A stretch of 52,677 bases of DNA from contig CP070787.1 in assembly GCA_020346745.1 (NCBI GenBank), forward strand, positions 2,104,174-2,156,850, read 5' to 3'. Source of the DNA: Fidelibacterota bacterium (GTDB taxonomy: Bacteria > Fidelibacterota > Marinisomatia > SCGC-AAA003-L08 > TS1B11). A model generated the notes under the pieces. That model was not told where the DNA came from. It made no database searches and saw only the letters and a list, made by a program, of their open reading frames with translations. Positions 20,901 to 28,436 of this stretch are shown here, in pieces. The first letter of the stretch is position 1. The number at the start of each line of letters is the position of its first letter. The position numbers and the translations under genes are program-made.

Positions 20901-21121
20901 TTTAACCGATCAGAAATCTGGCTGTAGGCCTGGTTCGCTACCTCAGAAGTGAATTCGGCCAGTCGCAGGTTGTCCCCGTAAAAATAGACATCGAAGTAGG
21001 GAGACTGAATATAGCGCCACTCGTACTGGTCGTACTGCACGATATTTTGGCCGAATTGCCCCAGAAGAGGGCTTATCAGCAGAGCTGACAAGACAAGAAT
21101 GAAAATACGAAATCGCCGCAT
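17948..21121 (-). CDS. Outer-membrane Omp85-type barrel fused to a periplasmic MA-clan HExxH peptidase domain and a TolB-like (PD40) beta-propeller
   Basis: Signal peptide MRRFRIFILVLSALLISPLLGQ. HELVH..WMNEGLADY (Peptidase_MA_2-like). Repeated SPDG propeller motifs: ISPDGSKLA, WSPDGKKVAF, WSPDGGTIA, WSPDGMTLAF. The C-terminus carries Omp85 hallmarks: TPLRGTQ, NLEYRFPF, FIDAATVW, GWGPRF, and a terminal F. Confidence 0.75.
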   Translation of the reverse strand: MRRFRIFILVLSALLISPLLGQFGQNIVQYDQYEWRYIQSPYFDVYFYGDNLRLAEFTSEVANQAYSQISDRLNWQLQKRVSIMVYQSHADFQQTNVTFSYMYEGIGGVTELLKNRVVVPFEGSWKDFRHVIRHELVHALINDMVYGGNVQSIISGRIRYAIPGWMNEGLADYLAGGWDAHSDMYMRDLAHHGDIPPIQQISGYYAYRSGQSLWRYMTSKYGEEAIAEIFSRIKMRGNVERGIESAIGADYELLTDQWKEYLKKQYWPDVVGRDRLKDIAHPVTDHEKLENVYNIAPSISPDGSKLAIMRNTHGIMEIVLISATDGRFLKSLIRGGTTSEFEELHLLKPGITWSPDGKKVAFTAKAASQEILYVVDIKTKKMKKYPTGLEGLFMAAWSPDGGTIAIIGNSGMSSDIYLLDLETEDVSNLTDDVFSEFNPVWSPDGMTLAFSSDRGDYPPYRFDQDGNRYAFQLRNTPQGDSALSSVEPDFQMHEHDTGQLDIFTIDRDGSNLRRMTQDAARDDFPVYAHTAPYMYYTSDRSGINNIYMLHLETGQEQAVTNILTGISDLNMASDDSRLYFTGFEKAGYDIYRIHSPLELWTQPKEVSLSNYMLTDTATVEEILVNVDRDRSYPTMEGGYDNYIFGIDDPAAFASEPEDSLLGVQLEEQDFKDEGGRYRIHPYKTRFTLDLVQSYAGYSTLYSFQGMTQFMFSDMLGNHRISIATEMQISLENSDYFLTYHLLPYRTNYYFTLFHTAYFYPTSYGGGRLRHYGVDVTASLPFNRFQRLDLGLTANTVEHTEYLLHSDYVLRPLSTETLATFMPRMGLVWDNAEWDYLHPVNGWRTNVSFGMSPKWGRNGISFQTITLDFRRYFRLFAGTSGAIRLSGGASYDLRLRDRRLVNVGEDAQNFLVGGLPWLFSSENRGYYGGRYKQDPLGLEEQQLKTIYFSEYVTPLRGTQMMELVGDRALLMNLEYRFPFLVYYFPALRILGQLGGVLFIDAATVWDSSTGDQSGVITYGWGPRFLLFGLPFQLDFARPYKSPDGDRSRNWYLTIGLDF

Positions 21122-21168
21122 GATAATGTTCTATACGCCTTGTTGGACTGAAAGTTCGACTCCTGGGA

Positions 21169-21184
21169 TGTCAACTATTTGACA
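21169..21184. promoter_or_regulatory. Palindromic candidate operator upstream of the Omp85-fusion gene
   Basis: TGTCAA-ctat-TTGACA, perfect 6-bp arms, about 50 nt upstream of ATG 21121. The TTGACA arm could instead simply be a -35 box. Confidence 0.25.
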
Positions 21185-21294
21185 ATTATAAGATAAAAAG
21201 GTTAAGATGACTATCAATTCGGTCACATGTCCCTGACAATCACGTCAATCGGTGAATCGTGATACTGATTTCGGGCACTTTAAAAAAAGGTAGT

Positions 21295-21321
21295 GGAAAA
21301 CCGAGCTATATGCAAGCCGGC
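21295..21321 (-). terminator. Possible terminator after the BMC gene pair
   Basis: On the minus strand: CCGGCU-ugcauau-AGC(U)CGG with one bulge, then UUUUCC and a further UUUUUUU tract. Confidence 0.4.
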
Positions 21322-21322
21322 G

Positions 21323-21775
21323 TCAGAGAACCCGCCGCAGCTCATCGAGGAGCTGTTGCTTGTTCGCTCGGGAGATTTCTCGGCCTTGGAGCTCGAGGCC
21401 GGGTGTACGGCGGGCAATCTCCCGCAATTCCCGCACTGGGAGGTTTGACAATTCCTCACGCAATGGATGACCCCCAGATGGCGCGCCCGGAGCTCCGGGA
21501 TGGATAAGCACCCTATCCGTTTCAGAATGGGGCCGGGGAATCACATGAGTGGAGACTAACTCACCAACCTTCTCCGCCGCGGCAGCTCCAGCCGCAACGC
21601 TGGCACGCACCGCACCCGTCTCCCCCTCAACCTTTATGGTCACCAGGGCTGCTCTGGTCACTTCTTTGCCGAGGAGCCGGACCTTTGCGGCTTTGACCAT
21701 TGCATCGGCCGCTTCAATGGCAGCGACTAATCCCCGGGTCTCAACCAACCCGAGGGCCTTCTCAGCACTTGTCAT
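21323..21775 (-). CDS. BMC-H shell protein with a divergent pore loop and a C-terminal Pro/Gly linker plus SAP/Rho-N-like helix-extension-helix tail
   Basis: [56 protein letters not shown] is a BMC (Pfam00936-type) domain. The tail reads HPGAPGAPSGGHP...LSNLPVRELREIARRTPGLELQGREISRANKQQLLDELRRVL. Confidence 0.9.
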   Translation of the reverse strand: MTSAEKALGLVETRGLVAAIEAADAMVKAAKVRLLGKEVTRAALVTIKVEGETGAVRASVAAGAAAAEKVGELVSTHVIPRPHSETDRVLIHPGAPGAPSGGHPLREELSNLPVRELREIARRTPGLELQGREISRANKQQLLDELRRVL

Positions 21776-21786
21776 AAGTTGGGGAA

Positions 21787-22071
21787 CTATTCTGTTTTAG
21801 GTAAAATGGATTCCACATCGCTGTGGGGACGCGGAATCACGTGCACTGAAACCAGTTCGCCCACTTTCTCGGCAGCGGAGGCTCCAGCATCCGTTGCAGC
21901 CTTAACTGCTCCCACATCGCCTCGGACCATCACGGTGACAAATCCACCACCAATCTTTTCCTTGCCGATCAGACGCACATTGGCTGCCTTCACCATCGCA
22001 TCCGCTGCCTCAATAGAGCCAATAAGTCCGCGTGTTTCAACCATACCTAGCGCATCGAGGGAAATTGGCAA
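21787..22071 (-). CDS. Canonical BMC-H shell protein (PduA/EutM/CcmK-like)
   Basis: 94 aa. [80 protein letters not shown] start 6 nt after AGGAGG. Confidence 0.95.
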   Translation of the reverse strand: MPISLDALGMVETRGLIGSIEAADAMVKAANVRLIGKEKIGGGFVTVMVRGDVGAVKAATDAGASAAEKVGELVSVHVIPRPHSDVESILPKTE

Positions 22072-22240
22072 AATTGGCCTCCTGAATTGTGTATCATTTG
22101 AAAGTTAGTAAAATTGGGGTGTGCCTCTGGCAAGTCGTTGATTTATTAAGCAAATTTTACCCGCCCCCTCTGCAAATGTCAACTCATTTCTCCCAATATT
22201 GCGTTGCCTCTCCGACGGGCAGCGCCTAATTTCACCACCG

Positions 22241-22978
22241 ATGACCACCCCGGCTTACTTTATATCCGACGTACATCTCACACTCGACGACGGTGAACCC
22301 GAACAGGAAAGAAGACGCCACCTGTTTAAATTCTTCGACATGATCGGTCAATCAGGGGGCACACTTTTTATTGTCGGAGATTTCTTCGACTTCTGGTTCG
22401 AATATAACCACGTCATACCCAAACGCTATTTCGACGTCGTCAGCCAACTACGACAACTCCGTACCAGAGGGGTGGAGATTCACTTTATCCTGGGTAATCA
22501 CGACTACTGGACCAACGACTTCCTCAACAGCTCCATGGGAATACAGGTGTATCCGGATACAGCCGAGGTAGAGATTGATGGTCACCGGATTCATCTGACT
22601 CATGGTGACGGATTGCTGGCGGAAGACACGGGTTACCGATTGATGCGGAAAATCCTCCGGAGCCGAGTTACCGTCTTTCTCTATCGCTGTCTCCACCCGG
22701 ATCTGGGCATCAAACTGGCTCAATCGGCGTCGCGGCTCAGCCGTAAAAACAACCCTCCAAGAGGCAACCAAGATGCCACATTCGACGAGCTTTCCCAATA
22801 TGCCCATGACCGTTGGGCTGAGGGATATGACATTGTAATAATGGGACACTACCACCTGAACCGCCTCCACATCGGTCAGGACGGTAGAAGTTTTCTTTGC
22901 CTAGGAGACTGGATTTCCCACTATACTTATGGCAAATTATCGCAGGATCGCCTGACCCTGGAAACCTGGCTTATCTGA
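22241..22978 (+). CDS. lpxH: UDP-2,3-diacylglucosamine diphosphatase
   Basis: Trimmed to ATG 22241. Calcineurin-like motifs ISDVHL, GDFFDFW, GNHDYW, HGD, GHYH, and the LpxH-type C-terminal LGDW. Confidence 0.88.
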   Translation: MTTPAYFISDVHLTLDDGEPEQERRRHLFKFFDMIGQSGGTLFIVGDFFDFWFEYNHVIPKRYFDVVSQLRQLRTRGVEIHFILGNHDYWTNDFLNSSMGIQVYPDTAEVEIDGHRIHLTHGDGLLAEDTGYRLMRKILRSRVTVFLYRCLHPDLGIKLAQSASRLSRKNNPPRGNQDATFDELSQYAHDRWAEGYDIVIMGHYHLNRLHIGQDGRSFLCLGDWISHYTYGKLSQDRLTLETWLI

Positions 22979-22985
22979 GGTAGTT

Positions 22986-24137
22986 ATGCGAGCACTAAGC
23001 CGAGCCCCGAAACAATCCCTTGGAATCTCCCTTAGGCCAATGACATTACTGCGCCTCGCCGGGATAGCAGCGCTGATCTTCGGACTGACCGGCTGTGCCC
23101 TGTTTCGCCGGGCTAAAGATGAGGTTGACGTAGAAAAACTGCGTCTCCAATATCAGAAAGGCAAGATGGGGGCTCTACTCGACCTGATCGAAATCTATGA
23201 AGATCCCGAAATGGCGTTGAGTGTCCGGATAGCCGCCGCCAATGCTATCGGGGAAACCAGGCACCCCAAAGCTATTGATGCACTCGCCGCCAATATCAGT
23301 GACGCCGAAGCCCTCAATATCGACATTATGCTCACGTCCATTGACGTTCTGGCCCGCATTCCCAGCGATGCCAGCGCCAGAGCTCTGACCCAAGCCCTCT
23401 CCACCACTGATGCGAAACTGGCCCAACTGCGCAGCAAACTGATCGAGGGGCTGGAGTCCATCGGCTCAGAGGACTATATTCACACCCTCATCGACCTGTT
23501 TCAGGCCAGCCGCGAAAGCCACCTCCGCATGCAGCAGATGCTCACCCGGGCCCTTGGCAGCATCGGTGATGAGAAAGCTATACCGGTGTTGATGAACATA
23601 GCTGCGGACCCGGAAATCGAGCTGGCTACTCGCAGTGCCGCCATCGAAATCCTGGCCGAAAAACGGACACCCGAGATCATCAGTATGTTCGCCGATATGC
23701 TGGGAGACCCCACTACCAACATGCAGCTGCGGGACTTCGCTCTGCGGGCAATGGGTGACATCAAGGAAGAGCGTTTGATACTGGCCCTGCTCGAAACCTA
23801 CCAGCTGGGACGCCAGGAGTATTATGCCCTGTTGAACAGCTTGCTAACGGCCTTGAGTGACTTTGACGATCCGGTGATCAAGCCTACCTTGCTGGAAATT
23901 GCCCTCTCGGATGATTTTCCACTGAGCTTCCGCAAACGGGCTATAACCAACCTCGCCAACTTCAACGATCCAACGGTACTTGATCAGGTCATTCCCCTGC
24001 TGGCTGATCCGGAGAATTATCATATTCGGGCAGAGATATATACCTTAACCGAAACTCTGTTGCCCGGTCCAGAGGGGCATGAACGCCTGCGAAGGGCTGC
24101 CTTTAAAGCTGAGAAGAGCTGGGAGGGCGAGCAATGA
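22986..24137 (+). CDS. HEAT-repeat (PBS-lyase type) lipoprotein
   Basis: Lipobox LTGC after a hydrophobic stretch. Repeated units AIGETRHPKAIDAL, ALGSIGDEKAIPVL, AMGDIKEERLILAL. GAGG lies upstream of ATG 22986. An alternative ATG is at 23040. Confidence 0.7.
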   Translation: MRALSRAPKQSLGISLRPMTLLRLAGIAALIFGLTGCALFRRAKDEVDVEKLRLQYQKGKMGALLDLIEIYEDPEMALSVRIAAANAIGETRHPKAIDALAANISDAEALNIDIMLTSIDVLARIPSDASARALTQALSTTDAKLAQLRSKLIEGLESIGSEDYIHTLIDLFQASRESHLRMQQMLTRALGSIGDEKAIPVLMNIAADPEIELATRSAAIEILAEKRTPEIISMFADMLGDPTTNMQLRDFALRAMGDIKEERLILALLETYQLGRQEYYALLNSLLTALSDFDDPVIKPTLLEIALSDDFPLSFRKRAITNLANFNDPTVLDQVIPLLADPENYHIRAEIYTLTETLLPGPEGHERLRRAAFKAEKSWEGEQ

Positions 24138-24895
24138 GATACACACTGAGTAGATTCCTCCCTACAGTCTTCCTCCTGCTCGGACTGGTTGCTCCCTGGC
24201 AGTTATGGGGCCAGGCGGAGCAGGCCGGTGAGGAGGTGGAAACCCTGCCCAGAAGAACCACCCGCCGCATCTCTTACAAGGATTTTTACGACCTCCAGAC
24301 CAGCATGGAAGATCTACGGCGGCAAATGAACCAGCTTCGCGTGGATGTGGAAGCTTACAAAAGCCGTGAAATGACCCCCGAAGTCTACCGGACGATTCTA
24401 AAACGTGTACAACCACCAAAACTGACCCACGAAGTGATTATGACCAACGGTACGGTTGTGCGGGGTAACATCACCGCAGAAAACCTCGATGAACTCACCA
24501 TAGAAACCACGCTGGGCAACCTCACTCTGGACAAATCCAACATCCGCAGTATCCAGGATATTGCCGAGCTAAGGCCAAAACTGGAATTCATGGGAGACGC
24601 GAAAGAGGAGATTTATGACGCCTACCGCGTCTACACCGGTAGGGTGAAGAATACCGGTATCAGTCGAGGCGATTTCGCCCGGGTTATCTTCCGATTGTGG
24701 AATGCCAAGACCGAATTAGTGGCGGAGGATTCTGCGTTTATTGAAGGCACCACTATGGCCTACCTTTCCGGCGTCGTCACGGATACTGCCCTCGAACCGG
24801 AACAGACAGCCGAATATCATGTCCGGGTTAGCATTGCCAAGGACAATCCCGTAAGCTATATCACTCGTGAAATCCATTGGGAGCGGATCGACTAA
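24134..24895 (+). CDS. Secreted hypothetical protein (signal peptide, coiled coil, beta-rich C-terminal half)
   Basis: ATGA overlap with the previous gene. Signal MRYTLSRFLPTVFLLLGLVAPWQLWGQA. Coil DLRRQMNQLRVDVEAYK. I recognise no family. Confidence 0.7.
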   Translation: MRYTLSRFLPTVFLLLGLVAPWQLWGQAEQAGEEVETLPRRTTRRISYKDFYDLQTSMEDLRRQMNQLRVDVEAYKSREMTPEVYRTILKRVQPPKLTHEVIMTNGTVVRGNITAENLDELTIETTLGNLTLDKSNIRSIQDIAELRPKLEFMGDAKEEIYDAYRVYTGRVKNTGISRGDFARVIFRLWNAKTELVAEDSAFIEGTTMAYLSGVVTDTALEPEQTAEYHVRVSIAKDNPVSYITREIHWERID

Positions 24896-25007
24896 TCCCC
24901 ACCGGATCCAGCTCAAACTGCACTATACAAGCCCACCTGGATCGAGCCATACGGTGCAATTCATCACAGTACCGTACCTTCCCTGAGAGCGTCACACTGG
25001 AGAGTCA

Positions 25008-26471
25008 GTGAAAAAAATGATACGCTTTATGGTTCCGTCTCCGGTTCTCATATTAAGCATTGCAGGTGTACTACTGGGCCCAATTAGGGGCAATCCGATC
25101 GAATTCCCTGATGCCGATAAGCAGACAGCGCAATTCCCCCAAGGAGAGATCATAGAGCAGGTGATCTGCCCAGCCAATCCAGATCAAAGCTACGCCTTGT
25201 ACCTCCCTTCAACATACGATCCACAAGTCAGCTGGCCGATCATCTATGCTTTCGATCCTGCCGCCCGCGGCCGGGTTCCAGTCAAGCGCTTCAGCATCGC
25301 GGCTGAGAAGTACGGTTACATCCTTGTCGGGTCCAATAATTCACGAAATGGCCCCTGGGCAGCCAATTTTACGGCAGCACGAGCCATGTGGGCTGATACG
25401 CGCGAGCGCTTGCACATCGATACAACGCGCGTTTACGCCACCGGCTTCTCCGGTGGCGCACGCGTTGCCTGCGAAGTCGCTTATAAGCCCCAATACCATA
25501 TCGCAGGTGTTATCGCTCATGGCGCCGGTTTCCGTCAGGGACATGGTCCCACACACGAGACCCCGTTCATCTTCTATGGTCTCGTGGGCAATGAAGACTT
25601 CAATTTTCTGGAGCTGCGGGATCTAGCCCGCATACTCGACGACTTCAACATTCCCAATCGCTTGACCGTGTTCGATGGCCCGCATGACTGGGCAGACGAC
25701 ACCATTTGCATGGAAGCAGTGGAATGGCTGGAGCTTCAGGCCATGCAAACTGGCACCCGGGAAAAAAACGAGGATTTCCTAGATCTCCTATTCGAAAAGA
25801 CACTAAACCAAGCCGAGGAGCACGAAAAGAGTGGACGCTCACAGCTGGCCTACCGCGGCTATCTTGAAGTGAGCGAGGACTTTCGCGGCCTTCGGGATAT
25901 AGGCCAGGCGGAAACTAAGGCTACCCAATTAGCAGCATCGAAAGAGGTTAGCCGATACCAGCGCAGGGAACGAAAGCGGCGGGAGAAGGAAGAAAGGGAG
26001 CTCCAGTCTGTAGGTCAGAACTTTGCAGCCATCATTGATCCTGCTCAACGACGTGATGCAATCAATACAATCATCAGAACAGCATCGAGATTCCAAGAAT
26101 CAGGAAAGAAAAAGTACGACCCAGCTGAAGCACAAATGAGGGCGCGGATCAGAAACTACATCGTCAGCCTGGCCTGGAATGATGGGCTTGCCTATCTGGA
26201 AAGGAAATATTATCCGGAAGCGGTGGCGGTCTTGGAGATGTGGTGCATCATCCAACCGGACCAGCCAGCGCCCTTCTATCATCTGGCAGGGGCTTACGCA
26301 GTGACGAGGGAAAAGGAAAAGGCCCTCACCGCCTTAGAGACGGCCATCGACAATGGATTCGATGACCTGCGCCATATCGAGCGCAACCCATATTTATTCT
26401 CGCTGCAAAGGGAAGAAGCCTACCAGCAGATGATAATGAAACTGGAGGCGGCACAACCTCCGGGTAAGTAG
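25008..26471 (+). CDS. Secreted alpha/beta-hydrolase (esterase/depolymerase-like) with basic coiled coil and TPR-like C-terminus
   Basis: Signal peptide. YALYLPSTYD..WPIIYAFDP and nucleophile elbow GFSGGA. RYQRRERKRREKEERE. C-terminal YYPEAVAVLE..FYHLAGAYAV is TPR-like. GTG 25008 follows GGAGAG; an alternative ATG is at 25017. Confidence 0.65.
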   Translation: MKKMIRFMVPSPVLILSIAGVLLGPIRGNPIEFPDADKQTAQFPQGEIIEQVICPANPDQSYALYLPSTYDPQVSWPIIYAFDPAARGRVPVKRFSIAAEKYGYILVGSNNSRNGPWAANFTAARAMWADTRERLHIDTTRVYATGFSGGARVACEVAYKPQYHIAGVIAHGAGFRQGHGPTHETPFIFYGLVGNEDFNFLELRDLARILDDFNIPNRLTVFDGPHDWADDTICMEAVEWLELQAMQTGTREKNEDFLDLLFEKTLNQAEEHEKSGRSQLAYRGYLEVSEDFRGLRDIGQAETKATQLAASKEVSRYQRRERKRREKEERELQSVGQNFAAIIDPAQRRDAINTIIRTASRFQESGKKKYDPAEAQMRARIRNYIVSLAWNDGLAYLERKYYPEAVAVLEMWCIIQPDQPAPFYHLAGAYAVTREKEKALTALETAIDNGFDDLRHIERNPYLFSLQREEAYQQMIMKLEAAQPPGK

Positions 26472-26501
26472 CCTGCGGCTATCCGTAGCAGGCAGGCAGA
26501 T

Positions 26502-26532
26502 GGGGAGCTGGTACAGGAACCGCTCCCCTTTT
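26502..26532 (+). terminator. Rho-independent terminator after the esterase gene
   Basis: GGGGAGC(U)GGU-acagga-ACCGCUCCCC, followed by UUUU. Confidence 0.7.
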
Positions 26533-26575
26533 CACATCGCTTTTATGATCAGAAACTAATCAAGGTGATCCTGTA

Positions 26576-27283
26576 CTACTGTAGCAGAATCATTTTTCTC
26601 ATTCTCATCTCCGATCCTGCCTGCAAGCCGTAGAAGTAAATTCCCGTTCCAACCGGGTCCCCATGCCGGTCAATACCTGTCCAGCGCACCTGATATGTAC
26701 CTCCAGGCTGTACGCCATTCACCAGTGTTATGACCTCCGTCCCGAGCACATCATAGATCGTTAAGATCACATGCGCGGATCTCGGCAGATGGTAGCTGAT
26801 CGTCGTGGAAGGATTGAAGGGATTCGGAAAATTCTGCTCAAGCTCGAACTTTTCAGGAAGAGCCCGTTCCACTCCATTAGCCGCTAAGGGTGCCGGTTCC
26901 GACAAAGCTCCCTCCTCGATCCACACCCGAATGGTTTCAAGTTGGTCCTGGTGTGAATCGAAATAGTTCTGATTGTTCCGTGGCATCCGGTCACCACATG
27001 ACGGAGCACCGGATATTTTCTCATAAAGAAACGAACCGGAGGGATTTCCCGGCACAACATACGTCTTCTGACAAGTACCCAACGAGGAGGAATTCACTAG
27101 GTTGTCGTAAGCCACCGCGGCAGTACTCCCGATGGTGAATCCGCCATTGCTGCCATGGCATCCCATACACCCGGCGTCGTTGAAAATAGGGTAAACCTGA
27201 GTGGCAAAGTCCACACTAGAAACCTGCGCCGAGAGTACGCTACTGAATAGGGACAGGGCCAACAAAAGATTCCTGCCGAACAT
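26576..27283 (-). CDS. Small secreted CxxCH (PSCyt1-like cytochrome-c-type) domain protein with a T9SS C-terminal sorting domain
   Basis: Signal MFGRNLLLALSLFSSVLSAQ. FATQVYPIFNDAGCMGCHGSNGG..VVPGNPSGSFLYEKI..MP..IRVWIEEGA. CTD LEQNFPNPFNPSTTISYHLP...GIYFY. AGGAGG lies 6 nt before the ATG. Confidence 0.7.
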   Translation of the reverse strand: MFGRNLLLALSLFSSVLSAQVSSVDFATQVYPIFNDAGCMGCHGSNGGFTIGSTAAVAYDNLVNSSSLGTCQKTYVVPGNPSGSFLYEKISGAPSCGDRMPRNNQNYFDSHQDQLETIRVWIEEGALSEPAPLAANGVERALPEKFELEQNFPNPFNPSTTISYHLPRSAHVILTIYDVLGTEVITLVNGVQPGGTYQVRWTGIDRHGDPVGTGIYFYGLQAGSEMRMRKMILLQ

Positions 27284-27449
27284 AAAACGCCTCCTGAAAC
27301 TTCAGTGCTGTACACGCATAATTTGGGTACACCATACGTATCTTGATGCTGGGGAATTTGGCGAAAAGCCGGGTAGACGGCTGACGGCTAGGCGACATTG
27401 CTTTTGATATCCGACGCCGAACTACTGTTGCAATGATTTGAAGTGGGGC

Positions 27450-28436
<987 letters not shown>

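Noticed and set aside
21154-21163. T-loop-like GTTCGACTCC in the gap upstream of the Omp85-fusion gene.
   Set aside because: The flanking 5-mers (GAAAG / CCTGG) cannot form a T-stem, and no cloverleaf can be drawn.
22128-22142. Sigma-54-like promoter TGGCAA-n5-TTGA upstream of lpxH. A second TGGCAC-n6-TTGCT lies at 30431-30446.
   Set aside because: The first lacks the conserved -12 GC. The second has wrong spacing and lies antisense inside rpoN. Neither is supportable without an enhancer-binding protein context.
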